From Lama glama (lineage: Eukaryota): a stretch of 64,000 bases of DNA. Position numbers and translations under genes: made by a program. Each line of letters opens with the position of its first letter. Position 1 is the stretch's first letter. Below are positions 38,742 through 51,053 of the stretch, piece after piece. Under the pieces are notes generated by a model. The model searched no databases. It was given only the letters and a program-made list of their open reading frames with translations, and was not told the DNA's origin. The DNA is taken from the NCBI GenBank assembly GCA_028534125.1, contig CM052818.1:28584001-28648000 (forward strand), written 5' to 3'.

Positions 38742-39664
38742 GACTCAACCAGGAGTCTGCCTCAGTGCCCACAGATGAGACATCCTAGGGCTGTTTGCTT
38801 GGACTAGTATCTAAACTTCTGACTCAAACTGCAGGCTTACCTGTGCCTGCATTGAAGCTACTGTGTATGTGATTTCTATTTAAAATATAAGAATAGTTCA
38901 TCCCACCCATGGAACTGTGCTTCCCAGCCATCCTTAGCCATGCTCCATACTGTACTTTAATACAGATGCTGTCCTACTCAGCCTCTCCAATCTGAATGTG
39001 CCACTACTCACCAATTTCCAATTTTCTGGAAACCAACTATTCACAGAACATTCCCTCCCCAGCTCTAGTTTGAGGATACCATTTCCCCAGAAGCTCTATG
39101 TTACAATGCTGCTGAATTTCCAAAACCTCTGGTTTGGAAGATGATCAAAAACCTCCCTGCTCCCCAGTGCTTTTCCAAACCATTACCCTTTACTCTTCTG
39201 TATCATCCCCACTCTGCCCCTCGGCCATGGTCCCTTTCACTTTCTGATCTCCTAGTCACTCCCCGCAAATTAACTGAAGACTTGGAATCTAGCTCACATT
39301 TCTCTCTAACTTCTAAATACTGAAACCAAAATGGTACTTTCTATAAAAACATTTCACTCTACGCCTGTAATATTTTTAAGGTTTTTCAAAAGGCATGAAA
39401 ATACTTTTAATTGATCAGCACTCCAGAAAATCAGTAGGGAGAGGAAATAAGCCACACAGAACCAATACTTTAAGCATTATTTGGAGACAAGGAAATGCAA
39501 CTTTATAACTCTCTGTAAGTAGAGAAAAAATAAACCAAAAATCCCAATGTCTCCCCCATTGCTAGCTCTGTGCTGCCAGCCTGTGGGTGCAGAGAGCAGA
39601 AGAGAGAAGACTAACAATTCTCCATGAGTAGGAATAAGGGAGACGAAAGGACTGAGATGTAGGT

Positions 39665-40176
39665 TTATGGGAGGGAAAATTTTTCCTCTATCCACTTGGT
39701 TCTTTGGCTGATCTAATCAAACTAACAGGACAGATTAACAGAAGGAAAATTCAATTATGTATATACAGGCGTCCCCTAAGACTATGAGTCCCACAGCAGT
39801 CAGGCCATCATGGCTTAGAAGGGTTAGAAGTCTAGGTTTAAAAAGGGGAGGAAGCTAATCTACAGGAAGAAGGGAAGAGCAAATGTTCAGTGAGCAAGTG
39901 TTTGCTATGCCATGCAGAGACAATAGGACACAGAGAGGGTCTGCCCTCCCAGCCCTACCTAGCTCCCCTCACTTACCAGACCCAGCCCATATTCCTTGTA
40001 GTTATCTCTGGTGATAGCTCTCCTCCTGAATCAGGCCCTATGTCTAAATTCTTTTAGGCAGGTAAGAAGGAGTAAAAAAGTTCTCCCAAGTCTTCTGGGC
40101 CTTGACTGACTTCAGCTCAAAGTAATCCATATGTCAAAGTGGCATATTTTGAGGAGGCTCATTTTGAACTCTTTCA
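39665..40176 (-). mobile_element. MER34-family ERV1 solo LTR (different subfamily)
   Basis: 'cttcagctcaaagtaatccatatgtcaaagtggcatattttg' is the antisense MER34 5' end. Possible TSD aggt/aggc. Confidence 0.82.
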
Positions 40177-40639
40177 AGGCATAGACAAAATCATTCTCAG
40201 AAAGAAAATGCCCACAACAAATGATAAAATACTGGACATATGTCAGAACTCGGTAGTTCATAGAACTGATCACAGGAAAGGAACTTGAAAGTGGACCAGA
40301 AGTGGCAGCCTCAAAGAGGCACTGCTTCTGGAACAGACGTATATATATTAAGAAGGTATAAACTTTGGAGATAAAACAGTAAAAGCAAAACAGTAAAAGG
40401 AAAAAAATAAGAGGGCAAAATAAGGCTCTTGTAAAATTAAAGAGAAACATCATAATCTACACAAGGATGAGATTTGTCCAACCAAAGATGACTGGGAAAA
40501 TGCTGACAAAGCAGCTAACATTGAGTATTTGATGAACATTTTATACTTTCATGAATATATTTTATATATTCATGAGTATTTTATAACTTCTAGCTGAGAA
40601 TAAAGCAAGGATGAGGTTATAAGCAGAATGGGTACGTAT

Positions 40640-41105
40640 GTATATTTTGTATTTATTTGCATGTATGTGCATTTATATACGTGTACATATTTCCTAGTTC
40701 TGTCTGCTAAATGGTGTAAGAAGCAATGACACTCTCATACAATGAGCACGCCTCATACTCTTATTTTGGTCTCTAATATAATTTTCCACTGAAAGGAACC
40801 AGGGCTCCTCAGAGAGGCTATTTCCAGGGCTGGGGCAGGCTAAGTACAGAATAAGCATAAGTTTGAATATCTTGTTATGACAGAATGTAAAGAAATAATA
40901 AAATTATATATATATAATATATTATATATATGGGAGAGAGAGAGAGCAAGGGAAAAAAGAGCACATTATAAGGCAAATGGTAAAATGTTAACAATAGGAT
41001 AAACCTGGATAAGAGGTATACAGGTGTATTCTTTGTGCTAGTATTATTTATGCAACTCTTTTGCAAGTCTGAAATTATTTCCAGATAAAAGATTTAAAAT
41101 TTTAA
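40640..41105 (+). mobile_element. L1MC/MD-type 3' UTR fragment
   Basis: 'tttcctagttctgtctgctaa...aagcaatgacac...ccactgaaaggaaccagggctcc...gtaaaatgttaacaatagg...tgcaactcttttgcaagtctgaaattatttcc'. Confidence 0.8.
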
Positions 41106-43249
41106 AAGAAACTTTTAAAATTTACCAAGGACATCTTCCTATTGGGAGGAGTATCTTTCTCAAAGCCTGACTAAGACACACACGCTCCTATCTGATCTCT
41201 GATATCTGCATTGTAAAGTATTTGTAGGTCAACTGTGAAGAAGACGGAGAAAAATAACATCAGATATTATACGTTATTTAAGGGTTTGACTGATTATAAG
41301 GGCTGTATGAATGATTGTAAGGAAGACTAGTAATTCAGCTTTTTGAAGAGAGAGTTTTTTTCATTGATGTCTCTTTTGCTCTCCACTTTGTTGAGTACCA
41401 ACAGTGAGAGCCCTGAGTCTGTGAAAAAGATGACAGTCAGAAAATGCCATTAAATCCTCTAACACTAGAGCACAGATTTTGAAAGAAACAGAAATAATAC
41501 ATTTTGTTCAATATTTTAGTCTGAGAGATAGATGTATAAGAAATGTCCTTGTAGGTCTGAAATTCTTTTTAAAAATCAGTTCAGATAAATCAGAACTCAA
41601 ATGTGTTCATATTTGAGTGTTATTTCTGTCAGCTTTCCACTTAATGGTAAACAGTATTTTCTTTTCTTGCAAAATACTAAATCCTTCAAAGACTCATGAT
41701 GGAGTATTTTAAAACCTCTCAGCACTTCATGCAACCTTCACATGGCTTTTTCAGAGCTTCATATATACAAAAAGTGATTCATTCTCAGATCTGTATGCCA
41801 AACTGTTTCTTTTCCTCAGAGCTACAAGCCTGCTCTGTCGTGTTAAAATGCCTGGAATCATGTAATAGCCAAATACGAGTTTTCCCTTGACAGCAATTTT
41901 TACACTATGATTAATCAACTTCTATGCATTATAGTGATTATAATTACAATGGGCAGGCAGAGTATTGTGTGTACACGTGGATCAAATCAAAGGACTCCTT
42001 TTATAATTCTCCTGAGTTATACTTTACAACTACTTTAACATTATATAGTGGTTCCTCTTATCTGATGTGTTTGAACTTCAAGATAACATTGACTTACGTG
42101 GTTCAGTACATCTAATAATAAATCACTTTGGAGATACCATAATTCTAAAGAATCTTGACATAATGAAAGATTTCTGCAGGGGAGGATTCATTAGGGTGCT
42201 TTTCTTTTCTATTAAAAAGATTTAACATGTTTATTTCCAACAACTTTAGACAAATTTCAGAGAGCACAGCAATTGCTTCTCTGATCAACCCCCTTTTGCA
42301 TCTGTCTCCCAGTTCTCAGGGTTTCAACTTGTCAGTGCTGAGGATCCAGTTGCTAGTTCAGATGGCTAATAATTAAACAACTACTTTTCCTAAATAACTG
42401 GAAAAAAAGAAAATAACGTTTTTTGAAACTTGATGTAAATACTAGGGGCTAGGACAGCATGTGTTCCTGGTATTTTACAAAGCCTTCTGAGCAGTTTAAA
42501 CTCCTGATCATCTTAGAAGAAAACAATTAAAGACCTTGCCAGATGTCATTAGCACAAGTAACATTAACAGAGGTGTATGTTTTCAGTCCAATATGTGATT
42601 ACTGACTATCAATAATAAAGTTTATTTCCTGGACATGTATTAAGAGAATGCCTTAAAACTAACCTGTAGAATCATAAAGTCAGTAGTATGAAGCTGTTAA
42701 TCTCACGCCTTGCCTTTAAAAATATACATTTCTAAGCCACTCTAGGGAGATAATTTTCTATCCCAAAATTTCTCAGACTGAGTTTACTGAAACACATTAT
42801 ATTAAACAAAAAGCTCAATATATATTTCAGCAATAAGTAAATATCACATCACTGTAATGTTAGCCAATACTGTACACTTAATTGCCTTATAGTAGAGTCC
42901 CAACTTGCATAATAACCTTTTGAAGATTAAAGACTTAGAGAATTACTGAGGTTAAAAACAAACATGTTTAACTGTTTAAATAAGGAGTAACAGTGCTTAT
43001 GTAAAGGCATAGGAGTTCTATAGCACGTGACCCCCTCCATTCTCACATTGACACCATATTTGGTTAAATTAACATCCTATAAATAGAGAGGTTCAGGCTT
43101 AATAATTTCAAAGTCTTCAATGAAAGTCTGTTCCACTGTGGAATCAATGACAACCAAATCCTTCCTTACAGTGGTTTCCCTTGCAGTAGAAAAAAAATCC
43201 CCTCTTGTTTTGATTTCCATAAGTATGGACATCAGAATAGGGACCAGTC

Positions 43250-43706
43250 TTAAAGATATCTTTCCTCTGCCTTTCATAGTTGGGGTGGCAGCGAGAATGG
43301 AAATTGAAGACCTCCAACAACAGGGATCAAAAGTGGACAGCTCTTGCTTTGAAATCCATTAACACATTTGGGCCCAGGTCACATAGCATGGCAGAAACTG
43401 CTCCCAGCCAAAGCATGGCAGGGACACTGAAGCAGGTCCAGTGCTGGGAGACATGGGTCTTTTACTTGAGGGCTTGCTGACAAACTTGCTGAAACTACAG
43501 TGGACGGTACAGCTGACTGGGGCACTTCTGCTCACCTTTCCTACCTTCTCTCCTACACTTGGTCTGATTTACTTTGTGTCCTCAAGGTTCTTCCAGCCTC
43601 CTTGAGCTGCCTCCCCATTTCCTCTCACAGAGTTTCCCCCTAGTAAAATCCTTGCATATTTAATCCCATCTTGGTATCTGCTTCTCAGAGGATCTGGACT
43701 AACACA
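43250..43706 (+). mobile_element. LTR16-like ERVL 5' LTR
   Basis: 3' end 'cttgcatatttaatcccatcttggtatctgcttctcagaggatctggactaacaca' matches the LTR16-family terminus, and ERVL-type leader follows immediately. Left boundary approximate. Confidence 0.8.
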
Positions 43707-44955
43707 AGTGGCTATGAGGAGTGGTTCCAGAAAACAGGCAGTAAAATGGGGACTTAGGACTAGATCACCCACTGACTGACAGAGGAAAAAGGACCCCATC
43801 CTGGTTGGTAAGTGAGGGGCAGATAGCCCTGACACAAAATGGCAGCATATTTGCTAAACTTCACTGATGGTGGGTACAGAGGTAACATACCTCAATAAAA
43901 TAAAAGCTATTTATGACAAACCCACAGCCAGCATTATACTCAATGGTAAAAAACTGAAAGCCTTCTCACTAAAATCTGGAACAAGACAAGGATGCCCACT
44001 CTCACCATTTCTATTCAACATAGTCTTGTAAGTCCTAGCTACAGCAATCAGGCCAGAAAAAGAAATAAAAGGGATCCAAATTGGAAGAAAAGAGGTAAAA
44101 CTGACACTATATTTGGATGACATGATACTATATACGGAAAACCCTAAGAGCTCCACACAAAAACTACAAGAGCTGATAAAAGAATACGGCAAGGTAGCTG
44201 GATACAAGATTAACATACAGAAATCAGTTGCATTTCTTTACACTAACAGTGAAATATTAGAAAAGGAAAGTAAAGAAACAATCCCTTTTTAAATTGCATC
44301 CAAAAAAAATTAAATACTAAATCTGAACAGGAACATAACAGGGTGCTTAAGGTGAGGGAATGTGATCACCCAATAGAAAGCCACCATCCCTTGTTCAATT
44401 CCCAGGTACAGACCAAGACTAAAAAGATGCTCAAGTCCCTAGGAGAAAGTCCACATGTAACACGTATGACAAGCTTATACCATAACAATTCACCAGTCTC
44501 TCCACAAAGGTACCTATTTATTGGATGACACTGAAGAAAGGTGGAATAACCAAATATTTTGAGGACTTATGGACTCAGGGTCTGAGTTTATCTTGATCCC
44601 ATCCTGACTCACTATCCGAATCAGGACATAGAGGGGACAGGTGGAATGATGACTAAAGTCCAGATCCATTTTATTTATTAATTTGGGAACTGAGGAAATG
44701 ACTAATAGTAAACTTGTGGAAAGAGAAGTGGCCCAAGGTGAGAAGAGAGATTTCTGGGTAGTGGCTAATGACCTGACCATCTAGTTAGGTCACAGAAGCA
44801 AAAGGCCTGAAAGATCAGAGACTTTCAGGGACCTGGAGTAGAGAAAGATGAATTGACATATTTGAGTGACCATCAAATGTGAAGATTTCTGTATCACATA
44901 TCAATGTCCATTGGAAAATACCCATCATGGAAAAGGCAAAGAACAATCAACTGAC
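43707..44955 (+). mobile_element. ERVL (ERV3-16A3-like) internal remnant with protease and RNase H relics
   Basis: 44551-44601 translates QIF*GLMDSGSEFILIP (ERVL protease F.GLLDTGSELTLIP). About 44717-44955 gives WKEKWPKVR, DFWVVANDL and VKISVSHINVHW...NNQL (ERVL RNase H motifs). Confidence 0.8.
43870..44332 (+). mobile_element. Internal L1 ORF2 (RT) fragment nested in the ERVL
   Basis: Encodes [39 protein letters not shown]...LYLDDMILY. Overlaps in homology with 22700-22975. No 3' UTR or poly(A). Confidence 0.93.
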
Positions 44956-45251
44956 AGTGGCCAGGGATACCAAGGCAGGTATGATGCTAGAACACCTAGG
45001 AGATATGGGACCTCTGATACCTGACTCTGGCTTGAGGATAACCTGACAACCTTACCAAATATTCCTTAGACTGTTTGCACTCAACTTTCTTTCCCTCTCC
45101 TTCACTCAGGGTCAGACATGCAGTATGATCTAAAAGCTCTTCCAGCCTTCTTGGGCTCCTTTCATATTTTCTCTGGAAGCTTCACTTAATGAAATGTTTG
45201 TATGTTTAATCCTTTCTGGGCATCAGCTCTTAGAGGATCCAGTCTAATACA
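44956..45251 (+). mobile_element. LTR16-like ERVL 3' LTR (5' part missing)
   Basis: Ends 'tttaatcctttctgggcatcagctcttagaggatccagtctaataca', homologous to 43660-43706. 'tggccagggataccaaggcagg' matches 'tggcagggacactgaagcagg' in the 5' LTR. Confidence 0.75.
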
Positions 45252-47198
45252 GTTACTCTTTTTTGTGCTTCTAGACTTACTAACATTTCTTTAATCTCTC
45301 CTCCTATTAAATGCTTTTCTTTTTATTATGCATGTTGGTTTTCTCTGGTCCCTCTACAATTCTAACAAATCAACTCAATTTTGCCAGGTTTGGTTAGTCT
45401 CACTCCCAACTTCCTGAGGAAAGAATGCCAGTGAGAGGTGCTTACAACAGCTGAATATCATTTTTACTCCTTTTGAAAAAAAAAAAAGCAATGAAACTTT
45501 AAGGTTTCTATTAATTCATGAGATTTTTCAAATGTTTTTGTGTTGCTGTTCTTCTTCTTTCCCTTCCCCTCCCCTACCTTTTCCTTCCCTCCTCCTCTTT
45601 TCATTCTATTTTTATTTGCAGGTCCTACTGGCATCTTTAAGCTATGCCTTCCCAATGAAAACAATTGTATCAGAAATATTAAATCAGAACTACCGAGCAG
45701 CACATCTAGTCTTGTTAACTATTTAAAAATAAATCAGCAAGGTGGCAAAAACAAAATAGCATAAAAAATTGTTTTTTTATATGGAGTAGCTACCTCCATT
45801 CTATTTTCTTCACTATCAATCTTTCTCAATGCTTTTTTAAAAAAACACATAATGTTCATTAATTTTAAAAATAGGATGCATATTAAATGAGGTGAAAGTT
45901 CCAAAGAAAAGATGAATTAAGGTTACTACATTTAATTCCTGTCTTTAAGTAGTTCTGTTACCTCTGAACTTTCAAATGATCCTCAGTGAAAAAGACAAAC
46001 CTCAAGTAAGTGCACTTACCAGCGCAAAGGAAAAAAATTCTATTGAAGCTGCTTAAACCGCTGTAGACACCCGTTCTCTTCAAAGTCAGTTACCACAAGG
46101 GACTGAGAGAACTATGGTGGTCCAGTAGAAGTTAGACACTCTGAGGAGGAACTCTTTCAGCACTCAGAGAATACTTTGAAATATTTTATACTGAGAAAGA
46201 TGACCAAATGAAAACACCTCAATTCACCCAACTTCTCTGTAAAATGTACTGGACTGGATTACCTTGTGCTAATAATAGCTCACTTGTTTTCATTAATGAT
46301 AATTAATTATGGGTAACAGATGTTAACTATGAATCTGAAAGCCATTCAGCATTTATTAAAAAGGAGATATGTCCTAGAGTCTCAATTCTCTACAATGTTC
46401 TAACTGCAAAAAAAAAAAAGTGTACAGGAGAAAAATGTATTATGACACTAATTAAGAAGCTCAGGTTGAACATAATTATCTTGGAGATAGTAGTCCTACA
46501 GATTTCTATAAGTGTACTACTTATAGTAGAATATATTACTTTGAAATTATATTTTATAGGCATGTTTATGATCCAGCCAAGTTTACCTAATAATAACTTC
46601 TATTATAATAAGCTCCTATCACATTTCTAAAACAGCAAATGTTTTAGTTCTATTTTCTATTTGCTTACAATGCTAAAAAAAAAAAGTATACCTTTGAAAT
46701 TGGTTAAATTCTTCTCTCAGTACATATTTATATGTGATAAGAGTGATTTTGATAAAGAAGACAGACAAAGCTTCCCATTTCTCGAGGAAGTTTTCAGTAG
46801 ACTGGTAACTGGACTGTTTATCTCAGATTAAAGTATGTCAGTACAGTGGGTCAACTACTATTTCACTTGGAGGGGGAGAAAAAGATCTACCTGTTCGGTT
46901 TAGTAAGTTTGCATGAATTTACTCAATTTCTGGGTTGGCTGCCATTTTGCTAATGCTGAGGACAGTCACGCTTCATTCCTGTGTGCCTCTGACATGTGAA
47001 GATTATCACCTCCTATGTCTAGCAGGAGAAGAAACTCCCTGGTGGATTAGGACTATACTTTTTCCTTTTCCATGTCAAGTACTTTGGACATCTCTGAAAA
47101 CCTTGGCAGCTGAAGATACATACAAAAGAGAAAAGGATGAAAATTTAATAAATGTCTGCAATGGAATATTATCTGCAATATCCCAGGCACTTCATATC

Positions 47199-48075
47199 TT
47201 AACTTGATATCTGAGGCAAAAAAGGTACTTAACACAAACTTGGAACATTATTTATTTTGGCACTGTGCTACAATTCTTGCTGTTAATAAATAATAAGTAA
47301 CATTACAAGTAACATAAAAAGTAATAAATCTATAAAGAGGTTTCAAATGTAAGCAGGAGAAAGCAAGATCTATTTCAATTTATTTTACCCCCTGGAGTCC
47401 AAAATTGTTTGTAGGGACTTTATACATATTTTAAACAACCATCATATAAATGTAATTAAAGAACTCAGGATGGAGAATATGAAAATTTCTCCTTTAATTT
47501 GTGAGGTGGTTTCTATTTCTCCAGTGTATTGACAGACACAGCTTAGAAGATAAGGTTTTTTGGTTATTCTGCAATTAGTGATTGGTGAGGAGTTGAGTTT
47601 TTATTTTCATATTGTTTTATTTTATTTTTTATTTTTTACTGGGAGGTGAGGTTACTTGGTATTCAGTTTGAGGTAGATCATAGAAACCCTGCCCAGAAGC
47701 TACCCTGACCTGCAGCCCTTTCCTCACATGTACTTTCTGGATTCTCGGGATGGACTTCATATTGTCCCAGTCTGTTCCAGTTTTGCTGAAACTATTCCTC
47801 AAGGATCAACCTTCCTTTCATTTAGGAAGCCTGGTTGGTGGCCACCACCATGGAGGACTCTCCTTATGCCCCCACTTTTCCCAGTGCCCTGCACAACCTC
47901 CACCCAACCTTCTTCAGATGACTATCATTCATTCTTAAACAAATTTGGTGACCTTTATTCATCCTTCCCAAGTCCAGAGTGATAGGAATTGAGCTTGATA
48001 ACAGAGGTTAACTTGATATGTGAGGCAAAAAGATGCTTTAACACAAACTTAGAGCATTATTTATTTTGGAAACTG
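47199..48075 (+). repeat. Diverged local direct repeat of about 67 bp (47199-47265 and 48008-48075)
   Basis: ttaacttgatatctgaggcaaaaaaggtacttaacacaaacttggaacattatttattttggcactg versus ttaacttgatatgtgaggcaaaaagatgctttaacacaaacttagagcattatttattttggaaactg. Confidence 0.9.
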
Positions 48076-49641
48076 ATAATGCTGTTTGATACTTTTATAG
48101 CTGTAGTTAATAAATCTGGATTGTGTCAATTTCTGTTTTCTATTTAGAATTGTTGTTTTTAATTCTACTAGTTGGCTTTCACAGTACAGTAAACAAAATT
48201 TGCATTCTTGGGGAAGCAAAATAAAGTAACAGGTACTCAGAATATCTGTGAAAATAAGTGCCACATGAGTTTACAATTTATAATTACAAAATAACTTGCT
48301 GAGTCATTCCTGCCTTTTTTTCAAAGGAAAAAAAAAAAAAAAAGCCTGAAAGGCCAGAGTTCATGGCAACAATTTTAAGAATTGAATTGTATATAGTGTT
48401 AGTGTTACATTTTTTGATGTAGTATGTAACTGTTACTAATGTTGATAAAAATAACTCTGTTTATTATTAAGTAATTTAAGTCACAGTGATTTTCTTCCCT
48501 CAGATGGCAGGGAGGTTTTCTCCGTCAGTGTGGTGTCAGTCTAACACATGCTACTTGCCACGCTTACCCTGCAACAAAGCACACCCCATCCCATCTCCCT
48601 AACTCTTCTTCACTGTACAGTATTGATCCTGGAGTATGTATTTTCCCAATATGTGCCTTCATATGTTTCCCCTAGAGGTTCATAGTTTCTTTTTACTTCC
48701 TATTCAATTATAACCCAATCACTATATTTCCCTGGCCAAAATTCTCTTTTTTCCTCCACCTTAAACTTCTTAGTCGAAGTCTTCCCCTGGCCTGACAGCT
48801 GGAACCATTCCTCCCTCCTGTACTTTTCCACAATATCTCTGTTTTAACTTATGTAACATACTTCAACAGGGTAGACTAATTACATATATGTCTTTCCACT
48901 GAAAAGCAAGCTTCTTGAGGCAAAACTACAGCTTATTCCTTTTGCAGATGTTCTATATTCTGTTGGTTAAACTGACCTAGAAAGTGGTATTTTCTCTTTG
49001 GAAAAGTTTAAGCCTATCAGTAATCTAGTTTGAGCTGCCAAAATTGCTCTAAATGTTTCTCTGATAGATGTTTTCTATTCCTTAGCTTCCTACAAAATAT
49101 TCCTGTTAAGAGATTTTCTTAACACACACACACACCATGCTATGCATATAATAACAATTCAAAATCCACAGATGATTTTGGAGTATCTACTCAGTTACCT
49201 ACATACGTAACAGAATGTAGAGTGATACTTCCTGGGAGTTGGCTGGTGAGACCCAAAGGCAGGGACAAAGAGGCTCTAAGCACTTTCTAATCTAAAGGGA
49301 GCTATACACATTTTGAGCCAGACATCTCATAGATTTCCTAAATGCTAGCAGAAATCACTCTGCTAAACCTAACCATCTCCACCTCCTCCTTTCCTTACCT
49401 CATTTCTAGTCTCTACAAAGACAACTGAGAAGAGTAAGAGAGGGAATAATAGCAATCCTGAGTCTAAGGCTTAAAGGCTTTTCTTTTTCTCCTTCTTAGG
49501 AATACTTCCCTAAAAGAGGGGGCCTCCCAGAGAACCAGCTGGGAGATAGGGAGCATCTGTGAGGATGAGAAACAAGAGAGCTTTGGTATTCCCAGTCTTG
49601 GGAAGCAGTGGAGCTGTTTGCACTCACATCAACTGCCATGT

Positions 49642-50006
49642 TGTTATGAACTGAATGTTTCTGTCTCCTCCAAATTCATATGTTGAAGCCCTAACACCCC
49701 AGTGTGATAGTTTTGGGAGTGGAGCCTTCGGTGATAACTGGGTTTAAATGAGGTCATGAGGGTCGGGGCCTCCATGATGGGATTAGTGTCCTTAAAGGAG
49801 AGGAAAAGACCAGAGCTCTATCTGTCATATGAGGACACTGCAAGAAGGAGGATGTTTGTGAGCTAGGAAGAGAGCCCTCACCAGGGAAGTGAATTGCCTG
49901 GCATCTTGATTTTGGACTTCTCAGCTTCCAGAACTGTGAGGAACAAATTTCTGCTGTTTAAGCCACCCAGTCAGTAGTATTTTGTTATGCATCCTGAGCT
50001 AAGACA
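49642..50006 (+). mobile_element. MLT1A-type MaLR solo LTR with 5-bp TSD
   Basis: 'tgttatgaactgaatgtttctgtc...cttgattttggacttctcagcttccagaactgtgag...ctaagaca'. TSD CATGT at 49637-49641 and 50007-50011. Confidence 0.95.
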
Positions 50007-50367
50007 CATGTTAAGGGCACATTTGTATCCAGGGCCACGTGGACCTAAAGAACTTAGCTAGGCTTGATTCAACTAACTATTAATCGTCTTAAGGGGTTTC
50101 CCTGCCAGGCAAGAATCAAAAGAGACTGTGGTATATAGTCAAAGCTTGGAGTTGAAGTTGGGAAATACAGTTTAAGAGATAAGACACGCTACAAAATATT
50201 ACAAGGTTCAGGTGTATCTACCATGAGCTAGTGAAGGACCATTTCTTTCTTTGGAATGTAGAGAATTTGAACAACCCAAGCCTGCTGAATTAACTCTTTA
50301 CTGCACAATAATATAGCTAATATTGCATTAGTTTACTATCATAACCAATCTCATCACAAAATTCTTC

Positions 50368-51053
50368 CAGTATTAAGATGATCTTAAGCTCTTAATGATA
50401 AATGCAAGTTTTCCAAAATTTCAATTTCTCCTTTGAAAGTTCAAATTTGATCACTGCCAACAAATACTGTTAATTGTTTACCTTGAAATGACAGGCTCAG
50501 TTCCTTCACTTTTGAGAGAATATCTGTCAAATACTCAAGTTTAAATAATCAAAGTTTGTCTATCAGGTATTCCAGAGAAAAAACATATCACTCCATGAAA
50601 AAAAATGACTAGTTCAGCCTGCAAACTAAACAATTCCACACTGTGTCTCTACACAGCATTACACTCTGGTTTACATTAGAAATATATATATATGCTTCCA
50701 ATTGTATCATATAAAATTCTAATAAGATATGCATCCTAGGGTTGAGATTTAGTAAAACTAATTAGTTTACTTATTTTTTAAGTGAAACTGGCATTTTTGT
50801 GTGTGCTGTTAATTTCGTGGCAGTGAAGAACACCATAATTACTAGTGTAGTTTGGTGCTACTGCCCTTATTCATTCTAAGGCACCAACAGTCTTACCCAC
50901 CATTGATTTTTGTATAATAAAGTACAATCAATGTTAACATAGTAAAAAAAAGAAAAAATTACATTATTTTAAAAAAAGTGTTCAACTTACAGACCTTATA
51001 AAATTGTCTTAAGGATTCCAAGGTTTCTACAGATCATATATTGAGAACTATTG
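50368..51053 (-). mobile_element. Charlie1-like hAT DNA transposon fragment
   Basis: Minus strand about 50560-50420 translates DKL*LFKLEYLTDILSKVKELSLSFQGKQLTVF (hAT transposase 'L.YL.DIF.K.NEL..SLQG'). TIR-like end 'agatcatatattgagaactattg'. Confidence 0.85.
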
